From Candidatus Izemoplasma sp. (lineage in GTDB: Bacteria; Bacillota_I; Bacilli_A; Izemoplasmatales; Izemoplasmataceae): a stretch of DNA of 59,972 nucleotides. Position numbers and translations under genes: made by a program. The notes under the pieces are model-generated. The model saw only the letters and a list, made by a program, of their open reading frames with translations, was not told the origin of the DNA and did no database searches. Within the stretch, counting starts at the first letter, position 1, and every line of letters begins with the position of its first letter. Location of the stretch: the NCBI GenBank assembly GCA_007117885.1, contig SKFS01000153.1, positions 1-59,972 on the forward strand, in the 5' to 3' direction. Of the stretch, positions 17,773 through 25,942 are shown in pieces.

Positions 17773-19482
17773 ATGAATCCAAAAACGATTGATGGGAATC
17801 TTTTTAAACTCATCATTACCAACGGAACAATTAACCTAAAAAACAACCATCAAGTGATAAATGATCTAAACGTTTTCCCGGTACCCGATGGGGATACTGG
17901 TAGCAATATGCAATCGACCATGATGAGTGGCGTTCAATCGATTCAAGATTTAGCGGATGAACCGGTTGAAAAACTAGGTAAAGCATTATCAAGAGGATTA
18001 TTAATGGGAGCTCGAGGTAATTCAGGCGTGATATTATCTCAGCTTTTTAGTGGGTTTGCTAAGGCGTTTAGTGAGCTGACAGTAGCCACAACAAAACAGT
18101 TTATTCAAGGGTTAAAGTTTGGTGTTCAACAAGCGTATGGTGCGGTCATTAATCCGGTTGAAGGAACCATCCTTACTGTCGCAAGAGAAGCGGCCGATAA
18201 AGCGGAAAGTATCGTTAAAGAAGATTCTGACTTGCTTGAAGTAATGGAAGTTTATTTGAATGAAGCCAACGCCTCATTAAAGCGGACCCCTGATCTTTTA
18301 CCGGTTTTAAAAGAGTCAGGTGTCGTCGACAGTGGCGGTGCCGGTCTAATCGTGATTGTTGAAGGTATTGTTGCTGCACTTAAAGGTGAAATCTATGCTG
18401 AAGAAAAAGCCAAGAAAGCAAAAGGAAAATCGCCGGAATATGATAAGCAAGACGTAGAGTTTGGGTATTGTACAGAATTTATTATTCAACTTAAACAAGG
18501 CAAGAAATTTAACCGTGATAAACTTGTCAAACAATTAAGTCGCTTAGGCGATTCCATTGTAGTTGTAGCTGACGATGAAATATGTAAAGTTCACGTGCAT
18601 ACAGAAACCCCGGGTGATGCGTTAAACATCGGCCAAATCTACGGTGAGTTTGCGAACCTCAAAATTGAAAACATGACCTTACAGCATACCGAAACATTGC
18701 TGCATTCTGCATCCGATGAAGATGACTGTGGTCATGATCATCATGAACATATCGAGCATGTCTTTGAAGAAACTGATGTGAAACCGCAAGCGATGCGTAG
18801 CGATTTTACGATCGAAACGCGCAAGAAATTTGGCATTATTACCGTCGTTAACGGTCGCGGATTAAAGCGCATGTTTGAAGAAATGGGCGTTGATTATATT
18901 ATCGATGGTGGCCAAACCATGAACCCAGCAACAGAAGATTTTATTGATGCTGTCGATGAAGTCAATGCTGACAACATCATTATTATTCCTAATAACAAAA
19001 ACGTTTTACTGAGTGCAGAGCACGCGGCTAAAGCCGTTGAAGATAAAAATGTCATCGTTATACCTGCTAAAACTGTCGCTCAAGGGTATGCTTCATTAAC
19101 CATGTTCGATGCCAATCAACCTTTAGAAGATACCATTGAAGAGATGAAAGAACTGATTGATCACGTTAAATCAGGAGAAATCACGTATGCTGTGCGGGAC
19201 ACCGAAGTGAATGGGTTAACGATTAAGAAAGGCGATTATTTAGGCATTCAAGATGGCAAAATCGTTCTATCGAAAGAGAAGCGATTAGAGACGATGTTCA
19301 GTCTACTTGATGAGTTGCTTGATGAGGAAAGTGAAATTGTGACCATCATGTATGGTGAAGAAGTTGACGAAGAGGAAGTCAATGAAATCATGGCTTATCT
19401 CGAAGAAAAATACAGCGATCTTGAAGTGGAAGTTGTCGATGGACAACAAGCCATTTATGATTACTTAATTGCGGTAGAATAA
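17773..19482 (+). CDS. fakA: DAK2-domain protein of the YloV/FakA type (fatty acid kinase ATP-binding subunit)
   Basis: DhaL-like N-terminus (FPVPDGDTGSNM, ARGNSGVILSQ), a central Cys/His block (EFGYCTEF ... ICKVHVHTE), and a DegV-like C-terminal region. Sits opposite rpmB and upstream of recG-plsX, as yloV does in Bacillus. Confidence 0.8.
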   Translation: MNPKTIDGNLFKLIITNGTINLKNNHQVINDLNVFPVPDGDTGSNMQSTMMSGVQSIQDLADEPVEKLGKALSRGLLMGARGNSGVILSQLFSGFAKAFSELTVATTKQFIQGLKFGVQQAYGAVINPVEGTILTVAREAADKAESIVKEDSDLLEVMEVYLNEANASLKRTPDLLPVLKESGVVDSGGAGLIVIVEGIVAALKGEIYAEEKAKKAKGKSPEYDKQDVEFGYCTEFIIQLKQGKKFNRDKLVKQLSRLGDSIVVVADDEICKVHVHTETPGDALNIGQIYGEFANLKIENMTLQHTETLLHSASDEDDCGHDHHEHIEHVFEETDVKPQAMRSDFTIETRKKFGIITVVNGRGLKRMFEEMGVDYIIDGGQTMNPATEDFIDAVDEVNADNIIIIPNNKNVLLSAEHAAKAVEDKNVIVIPAKTVAQGYASLTMFDANQPLEDTIEEMKELIDHVKSGEITYAVRDTEVNGLTIKKGDYLGIQDGKIVLSKEKRLETMFSLLDELLDEESEIVTIMYGEEVDEEEVNEIMAYLEEKYSDLEVEVVDGQQAIYDYLIAVE

Positions 19483-19492
19483 ATGTTGAATC

Positions 19493-19531
19493 AGCATCAC
19501 CACACAAGGATGAGTGGCGATGCTTTTTTTA
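19493..19531 (+). terminator. Rho-independent terminator after fakA
   Basis: Stem agcatcaccac/gtggcgatgct (one mismatch) followed by TTTTTTT. Confidence 0.75.
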
Positions 19532-19597
19532 TTCTTGCATACCATTATGATTCAGGCATTTCAATGATAAAATGCTATAATAGTCTTGGGTGATAAG

Positions 19598-21592
19598 ATG
19601 GAGCTTAAAACATTGAAGGGTATTGGTGATAAAGTCCAAGCATCCCTCCAGCAAGAGGGGATTTTTCATGTTGCCGATCTCTTGCATTATTTCCCTAAAA
19701 AGTATCGTAAACAAGTGCTTGAAGGTAAAGCGAGCTTAGACGATGGCGAGTACCATTATGTCGCAGTAAACGTAAAGTCAAATCCGAAAGTCGCTTTCAT
19801 ACGCAAGGGAATGCAGCTCATCTCGTTTTACGGCTTGATTGAAGATAAAGAGTTTCTTTTTAAGATATATAATCAACGTTATGTTTTACGGTTTATCACT
19901 GAAAATAGTGCGTTGGTTGTCTATGGAAAACAGCACCCAGAACGGCAAGAAATTGTTGTTCAAACAGCGCTTCTTAAAAGCAATTTTAAGGAAGGAATTA
20001 TTCCCGAGTATAAGCTTCCTGGTATTTCAGATCAACGCTTTTCTAGTTATCTCAAGCAAGCCTCAGAATTACAGCCATCCCCCACCGATTTTCTCCCTGA
20101 GTGGCTACTAAACAAACACAAGATTATTTCGCTTAAACGATTGTATGAGCTGGTTCATATACCTAAAAACGATGAAGAAGTACTGCTAATATCGCAACGC
20201 CTTAAATATCAAGAACTATTTATGTATCAAGCTAAAAATGTCTATCAACGCCAATTAAGACTCTCCCATCAAGGGGTTGCAAAAAACTATCAATCCTCCG
20301 TGATTAAACAAGCACTTTCCGCGCTTCCTTTTCGCTTAACGGATTCACAGCGTGAAGTTTTAAAGGAAATCTTTATCGATTTGAAAGAACCCATGATAAT
20401 GCAGCGTGTGCTTCAAGGCGATACCGGAAGTGGCAAGACCATCGTGGCATTTTTAGCGATGCTTGCCGTGTTTACCTCAAACTATCAAGTAGCTTTTATG
20501 GCACCAACTGAAATCTTAGCCAGCCAGCACTATAAAAACTGGCAAGATCTTTTTGCCACATTAGAATATAAGGTGGCTTTATTGACAGGAAGTACCTCTG
20601 CTTTAGACCGCAAGAAAATTGCCAAACAACTTCGAGAGCATGAGCTTGATGGAGTCATTGGAACCCATACATTGTTCAGTCATGATATCCATTATGCTCA
20701 ACTCGGGCTAGTCATTACGGATGAACAACATCGTTTCGGGGTGAATCAACGGGCGATGTTAAAAAACAAAGGGTTGCTTCCTGATGTAATCTACTTGAGT
20801 GCGACACCGATTCCTAGAACTCTCGCGATGACCTTGTTTGGTGATATGGATTTGTCAATTATTACCGATAAACCGTTGGGTCGTAAAGCGATTAAAACGA
20901 CCGTTGTCTCATCAAAAGATAAAGCAATTGTCCGGAATAAAATGGTAAACACATTAGCGAAAAAAGGACAGATTTTCGTAGTTGCACCCACCATCGAAGA
21001 GAGTGAACAAGGAGTAAAAGGTGTGAAAACTGTTTATGAAGTCATTAAGGAACGTTACCCAAAGGCACGGGTCGGTTTACTTCATGCACGCATGAAGCAT
21101 GAGAAAAAAAACACCGTTTTAGAGGCGTTTTATCGTGGAGAGATCGATATTTTAGTCTCGACCACCGTGATTGAAGTCGGCATCGATGTCTCAAATGCTT
21201 CGCTAATGGTGATTTATCGAGCCGAACGATTTGGTTATGCCCAACTTCATCAGTTAAGAGGGAGAGTCGGCAGAGGGATTAAAGAAAGCGAATGCATTGT
21301 CATTTATGAAGGAACCAATGAGATTAAAGAACGTTTAGCAGTTTTAGAGACAATTCATGACGGGTTTACACTGAGCGAATACGATTTACGTTTGCGGGGC
21401 TTTGGTGATATTCTCGGTGTGATGCAAAGCGGCATTCTTCGGTTAAACTACGCGAACATTGATGATGATATCGAACTTTTCAAGATCGCGAAAGAAGACG
21501 CCTTAAAAGTCTTAAATAATCCTCAGGAAAAAGCGTTACTGCTACCTGTTTTGAAAAAGCAGATTGAAGAAGAACAAGCACAAAAACTATGA
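19598..21592 (+). CDS. recG: ATP-dependent DNA helicase RecG
   Basis: Wedge-domain N-terminus, then SF2 motifs GDTGSGKT, DEQHRFGV, SATPIPRTL and QLHQLRGRVGRG. The ATG at 19598 follows GGGTGAT. Confidence 0.92.
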   Translation: MELKTLKGIGDKVQASLQQEGIFHVADLLHYFPKKYRKQVLEGKASLDDGEYHYVAVNVKSNPKVAFIRKGMQLISFYGLIEDKEFLFKIYNQRYVLRFITENSALVVYGKQHPERQEIVVQTALLKSNFKEGIIPEYKLPGISDQRFSSYLKQASELQPSPTDFLPEWLLNKHKIISLKRLYELVHIPKNDEEVLLISQRLKYQELFMYQAKNVYQRQLRLSHQGVAKNYQSSVIKQALSALPFRLTDSQREVLKEIFIDLKEPMIMQRVLQGDTGSGKTIVAFLAMLAVFTSNYQVAFMAPTEILASQHYKNWQDLFATLEYKVALLTGSTSALDRKKIAKQLREHELDGVIGTHTLFSHDIHYAQLGLVITDEQHRFGVNQRAMLKNKGLLPDVIYLSATPIPRTLAMTLFGDMDLSIITDKPLGRKAIKTTVVSSKDKAIVRNKMVNTLAKKGQIFVVAPTIEESEQGVKGVKTVYEVIKERYPKARVGLLHARMKHEKKNTVLEAFYRGEIDILVSTTVIEVGIDVSNASLMVIYRAERFGYAQLHQLRGRVGRGIKESECIVIYEGTNEIKERLAVLETIHDGFTLSEYDLRLRGFGDILGVMQSGILRLNYANIDDDIELFKIAKEDALKVLNNPQEKALLLPVLKKQIEEEQAQKL

Positions 21593-21624
21593 TATAATAG
21601 GAATACAGTTTAGGAGTGATGATT

Positions 21625-22635
21625 ATGATTAAACTAGCCATCGATGCTATGGGTGGTGACTATGCACCGAAAGAACAGGTCGAAGGTGCGATGTTAGCAA
21701 TTAAAAATATCCCTGATATCGAACTAACGCTCTATGGTGAGCCAGCTAAGATTGAGCCCTATCTCACTGATTCAACACGCATTTCAGTGGTGCCATCTGA
21801 GGGTGTGATCAATATGGGAGAAAAAGATCCGATTCGCGCTATCCGCAGTAATCGTAAGAGCTCTATGGCCATGGCGTTAAGCAGTGTCAGAAACAAAGAA
21901 AATGAGGGCGTAGTTTCGAGTGGGGCAACCCAAGCGTTAATTGCGGGTGCTCATATTTTAGTGGGTCGTATGAAAAGCATGAAACGAACCGCGATTGCCC
22001 CATTGATTCCTAATATTAAAGGAACGAGTACGATCTTGCTTGATGCCGGTGGTAATTTAGAAATTAAACCCGAATATATGGTGCAGCAAGCCTATTTTGC
22101 TAGTATTTATGCTAAAGAGATTTTGGCTATTGAGAAACCGCTAGTTGGCTTGATTAATATCGGTTCAGAAGAGGGTAAAGGGCGAGTTCTTGATCAAGAG
22201 GTTTTTAAGCTTTTTAAAGAAAACCCAAACCTCCATTTTTATGGCAATGTAGAGCCTAAAGAAGTCTTAAACCCACCGTGTAATATTTTAATCAGTGATG
22301 GTTTCACCGCAAACATTGTCATGAAGACCATTGAAGGGACGGCTAAAGGCGTTGGTGCAATTTTAAAAGAGGAACTCAAAAAAGGCGTTTTAGGTAAACT
22401 GGGGTTGCTTTTTTCCATACGCAATCTCAAACGCTTCAAAAAAAGACTCGCGCCAGAAGAAATCGGTGGTGCAATGATTTATGGATTAAATGGTGTGGTG
22501 ATAAAGGCACAGGGTTCATCAAAAGCAGTGGGATTTTATAACGGCATACGTCAAGCAGCGAATGTTGTTCGACAGGATGTTATAAAGAAAGTCCATAGCG
22601 TAATCGAAAGCGACAATACCGATGAAAAACCTTGA
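21625..22635 (+). CDS. plsX: Phosphate acyltransferase PlsX
   Basis: MIKLAIDAMGGDYAP N-terminus and ISDGFTANIVMKT motif. The ATG at 21625 lies 8 nt after AGGAG. Confidence 0.92.
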   Translation: MIKLAIDAMGGDYAPKEQVEGAMLAIKNIPDIELTLYGEPAKIEPYLTDSTRISVVPSEGVINMGEKDPIRAIRSNRKSSMAMALSSVRNKENEGVVSSGATQALIAGAHILVGRMKSMKRTAIAPLIPNIKGTSTILLDAGGNLEIKPEYMVQQAYFASIYAKEILAIEKPLVGLINIGSEEGKGRVLDQEVFKLFKENPNLHFYGNVEPKEVLNPPCNILISDGFTANIVMKTIEGTAKGVGAILKEELKKGVLGKLGLLFSIRNLKRFKKRLAPEEIGGAMIYGLNGVVIKAQGSSKAVGFYNGIRQAANVVRQDVIKKVHSVIESDNTDEKP

Positions 22636-23302
22636 GACCTTCTTTAAGCTTTCATTTAACAATCCTCAACTACTCATCACCGCCATGACCCACTCCTCCT
22701 ACGCCAATGAACACCACACTGAATCCAATGAACGACTTGAGTTTATCGGAGATGCTGTTTTAGACCTTGTGGTGGGTCGATATTTATACGAAACCCACCG
22801 CAATTACGCTGAAGGAGATCTCACAAAAAAACGGGCTAAACACGTTTGTGAATCTGCGCTTGTTGATTACGCTAAGGCCTGTCATTTAAACAAATATTTA
22901 TTACTTGGTCATGGAGAGGAAAAGACAGGTGGACGAGATCGCTCAGCACTTCTAGCCGATGCATTTGAGGCGTTTATCGGTGCGATTTTCTTGGATAAAG
23001 GGTTGGATGAAGTTTATAAAGTAGCAAAGAAGATCATATTTCCCCTTATCGAAGAAGAACGTACAAGCGATTTTATCGACTACAAATCGCATCTTCAAGA
23101 ACTCGTTCAGTCGGATAAACGTTCCTTAGAATATCGTGTTGTCTCAGAAACAGGACCCTCCCATCATAAAACCTTTGTAACCCGTGTCTATATGGATGAA
23201 ATCCTTATGGGTGAAGGCGAAGGCCACAGTAAAAAAGAAGCGGAGCAAAACGCCGCTAAACTCGCTTTAAAAAAGCTCGCAAAAAAAAGTATTAAGTTTT
23301 AG
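22622..23302 (+). CDS. rnc: Ribonuclease III
   Basis: ERLEFIGDAVL catalytic signature and a C-terminal dsRBD (GEGHSKKEAEQNAAKLAL). Overlaps the plsX end by 14 nt. Confidence 0.93.
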   Translation: MKNLETFFKLSFNNPQLLITAMTHSSYANEHHTESNERLEFIGDAVLDLVVGRYLYETHRNYAEGDLTKKRAKHVCESALVDYAKACHLNKYLLLGHGEEKTGGRDRSALLADAFEAFIGAIFLDKGLDEVYKVAKKIIFPLIEEERTSDFIDYKSHLQELVQSDKRSLEYRVVSETGPSHHKTFVTRVYMDEILMGEGEGHSKKEAEQNAAKLALKKLAKKSIKF

Positions 23303-23312
23303 GAGCGATACA

Positions 23313-23933
23313 GTGAAAGATATTTTAAAACTTCTCATCACCAAAAAAATTATCGATTACCGAGCACTTGTGCTCGCTTTTTACCATCGTTTAGAGCTTA
23401 CAGAGCAAGAAGCGATTGCTTTAATTCGCCTCAACAGTCTACTCGATGATAAACAAGAGATTATTAAGCCTGCCAAGTTTTCAAAATGGCTTTCACTTTC
23501 AGTTAAAGAAACCGAGCAACTGCTTGAATCGTTAATGAATAAAGGGTATCTACAAATAAAACTCATCGAGACATCAAATGGCAAAGAAAAAGAAGTGTTT
23601 GATATCGATTTCTTTCTTCTCAAAGTCATCGACCTCTTAGAAAAAACGCAACGTAAAACCTATCAAAACTACTTGTCCGAAGTTTTAGTCTATTTAGAAG
23701 ACACACTCCAATCAACACTTAGTCCTTTAGATGCAGAACTCGTTTCCGATTGGGTCTTAAAAGAATCGTACCCTTTTGAAATGATTAAAGATGCCACATT
23801 GAAAGCCTTGAAGTCAAATTACCCTTCGATTCGTCGAATTGATCAAATTCTCCTCAATGAAACGAAGGCGATTCCAATAAAACCACAAAAGAAAGATGTT
23901 TTAAAGGAGTTTCATAAACTATGGGACGAGTAG
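23313..23933 (+). CDS. dnaD: DnaD-family replication initiation / membrane attachment protein
   Basis: N-terminal winged-helix-like LTEQEAIALIRL and a C-terminal DnaD-like region (SPLDAELVSDWV ... IKDATLKAL). Directly upstream of nth, as in Bacillus. Confidence 0.7.
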   Translation: MKDILKLLITKKIIDYRALVLAFYHRLELTEQEAIALIRLNSLLDDKQEIIKPAKFSKWLSLSVKETEQLLESLMNKGYLQIKLIETSNGKEKEVFDIDFFLLKVIDLLEKTQRKTYQNYLSEVLVYLEDTLQSTLSPLDAELVSDWVLKESYPFEMIKDATLKALKSNYPSIRRIDQILLNETKAIPIKPQKKDVLKEFHKLWDE

Positions 23934-24553
23934 AAAAAATCCTCACTGTCTTCGATAACAGGTTTCCGGAGGCTCACTGTGAGTTAAACCACAGCAATGG
24001 CTTAGAACTTCTAATTGCGGTGATGTTGAGTGCCCAAACGACCGACGCTGCGGTGAATCGTATCACGGAACGACTGTTTACGAAGTACCGCACCTTAGAC
24101 GATTATCTTGCGACCCCTCTGGAAACGTTAGAAGCGGATTTAAAACGACTCGGTCTTTATAAGAATAAAGCGAAAAACATAAAAAAGACGATGACCGTTA
24201 TTAAGGAACGTCATCATGGTATAGTGCCTTCTTCACAAGCCGATTTAGAAGCACTACCAGGGGTAGGACGGAAAACCGCAAACGTGGTTTTAAGCGTATG
24301 GTATGACGTGCCAAGAATCGCTGTTGATACACATGTTGAGCGTGTATCCAAACGTCTTAAACTTGCCTATCTGAAGGATACACCGCTTAAAGTTGAAGAG
24401 AAGTTGATGCGAAAAATCCCTCGGAACCGTTGGTCCAAAACGCATCACCAAATGATTTTTTTTGGTCGCTATCATTGCATGGCACGAAAACCAAAATGTC
24501 ATGAGTGTGAGCTACAATCCCTCTGTCGATATCCCAATATAAACATCCGTTAA
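23921..24553 (+). CDS. nth: Endonuclease III
   Basis: HhH-GPD motif LPGVGRKTANVV, catalytic D (AVDTHV), and C-terminal 4Fe-4S cluster CMARKPKCHECELQSLC. Confidence 0.93.
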   Translation: MGRVEKILTVFDNRFPEAHCELNHSNGLELLIAVMLSAQTTDAAVNRITERLFTKYRTLDDYLATPLETLEADLKRLGLYKNKAKNIKKTMTVIKERHHGIVPSSQADLEALPGVGRKTANVVLSVWYDVPRIAVDTHVERVSKRLKLAYLKDTPLKVEEKLMRKIPRNRWSKTHHQMIFFGRYHCMARKPKCHECELQSLCRYPNINIR

Positions 24554-24650
24554 GGGTGTTTTTTTTATTTTTTCTATCAATAAAACATTACCCTGTTTGA
24601 GGGTTCTTAGAGTACAATAAGCGAATAAAAAATAAAAAGGAGGGTTCATA

Positions 24651-25904
24651 TTGAAGATAGATCAAATGACCCAAAAAATTCAAAAAGTAGTGGCCACTCA
24701 AAACCAACGTCAGGTAAGCTTTACAGGAGATTTACTAAAATTACTACGTCTTCGTAACAACTACACCCAAGAAAAACTTTCTCAAGGGATTTGTAGCATC
24801 AGCTACATGTCAAAAATGGAAAACAATCAAATGCCTACAAACACCTATGTCCTAAGAGAGGTAGCCAAAGTGTTTGATACCGATGTCGAGAATTTTACAT
24901 ACTTAAATGATGGTGAAACCATTGTCTCAAAACTCGCAAAGGGTTTTTACTATGAAGACCATCCTTTGCTTAACGATATCGCTGTTCACCTTAAGCCGTT
25001 TGGCGAAAATCCGATTACGCTTCTCCAACAAATTATTTGCAAACTACTGAGCAGAGACTATGGCGAAATTGAAAGTGCGATTGAGGAAATACAACCCCTA
25101 ATCAAGAGTACCCCCACAGATTATACTAAGCTCTATGGTGTTGTAACCGCGGTTTATTTCTATCATACAACCCGTTACCATGAAGCACTTAATATTTTGC
25201 TTAACATCGAAAATATTCAAACAGAAATCGGCGAAATCATTACGCTTGAGCAAATTTACTTATATTTAGTAAGTGAACGAGTGGGACACCATAGTGCAAG
25301 TGTCAATTATTACACGAAAGCTAAGCAATGTTTAAGCCAGCATCCCCATAAAAAATATGCCATTAAACTTCCTTTATTCAACGCCTATTTCACCACCATC
25401 AAAGGGCCTGAACTCGGTCGTAATATGATTAAAAAAATGAGTTTAAATCAACTCGAAAAACACCATCAAAACATTTTCATATTAACCTATTTACGATCAC
25501 ATATTCATGAAAAAGATAAACACTATAATGCAAGGTACTTTGCAAAGCTTAATCATGAAACTAAAGATGAAGCCTATTATCAATGTTTGCTTATCTATGA
25601 GAAGTACTGTGCAAAGTATGGTCTTAAGTTGCCTTTTCCTATGCCGGATAGTGGCGCCATTGAAGAACGTCACTTAGGTGCTATTCATTACATTGTGGAT
25701 AAGATGGCAGAAAGCGCCAGCAAACATCGCTATCTCAAAAAAGTCGCTTTACCTAAAGCCATCGAAGAACAAGATCTCTTTTACATCGATTACTTCACTA
25801 AAGAGATTAATCGTTATGCACTGGATAACCATCGCTATAAAGAAGTGTTTATGGCGAATCAAAAACAGAAAAAAGCCATCGAAAATATCCAAGCCGTTAT
25901 TTAA
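24651..25904 (+). CDS. XRE-family HTH regulator with a long helical-repeat (TPR-like) C-terminal domain, RNPP/Rgg-like
   Basis: HTH LLKLLRLRNNYTQEKLSQGICSISYMSKMENNQ resembles Rgg/PlcR/NprR-type HTHs. About 340 further residues are helical and Tyr/Leu-rich. TTG start 6 nt after AAGGAGGG; ATG 24666 is an alternative. Confidence 0.65.
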   Translation: MKIDQMTQKIQKVVATQNQRQVSFTGDLLKLLRLRNNYTQEKLSQGICSISYMSKMENNQMPTNTYVLREVAKVFDTDVENFTYLNDGETIVSKLAKGFYYEDHPLLNDIAVHLKPFGENPITLLQQIICKLLSRDYGEIESAIEEIQPLIKSTPTDYTKLYGVVTAVYFYHTTRYHEALNILLNIENIQTEIGEIITLEQIYLYLVSERVGHHSASVNYYTKAKQCLSQHPHKKYAIKLPLFNAYFTTIKGPELGRNMIKKMSLNQLEKHHQNIFILTYLRSHIHEKDKHYNARYFAKLNHETKDEAYYQCLLIYEKYCAKYGLKLPFPMPDSGAIEERHLGAIHYIVDKMAESASKHRYLKKVALPKAIEEQDLFYIDYFTKEINRYALDNHRYKEVFMANQKQKKAIENIQAVI

Positions 25905-25939
25905 TCACTCTATGCTATAATAGTTTTGAAGAGAGTGAT
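25904..25939 (+). promoter_or_regulatory. 8-bp perfect inverted repeat flanking an extended -10 promoter just upstream of the MATE gene
   Basis: ATCACTCT (25904-25911) and AGAGTGAT (25932-25939) flank TGcTATAAT (25913-25921). The right arm overlaps the Shine-Dalgarno region of the ATG at 25943. Confidence 0.45.
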
Positions 25940-25942
25940 AAT

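Noticed and set aside
17529-17773. The N-terminal extensions in the ORF track for rpmB (MDYERRFI) and fakA (MIFYTC...YKRRFI) might be real coding sequence. The two inverted arms might be the ends of a MITE-like insertion.
   Set aside because: Both extensions run through the GGAGG ribosome-binding sites and promoter-like AT-rich DNA. The conserved protein N-termini begin at the internal ATGs. The inverted arms include the start codons of two conserved genes, so they cannot be transposon termini. The similarity is reported as a leader feature instead.
24512-24649. 45-codon minus-strand ORF (MNPPFYFLFAYCTLRT...) divergent from the RNPP-like regulator, considered as a possible pheromone pro-peptide.
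   Set aside because: No Shine-Dalgarno sequence precedes its ATG. The ATG overlaps the regulator's own ribosome-binding site and start region. The ORF runs into the 3' end of nth, and much of its sequence is translated A/T-run terminator DNA.
25678-25920. 80-aa plus-strand ORF overlapping the 3' end of the HTH-TPR regulator gene, considered as a possible peptide or immunity gene.
   Set aside because: It is an alternative frame of a well-supported CDS, with no ribosome-binding site and a basic low-complexity translation. It ends inside the MATE promoter.
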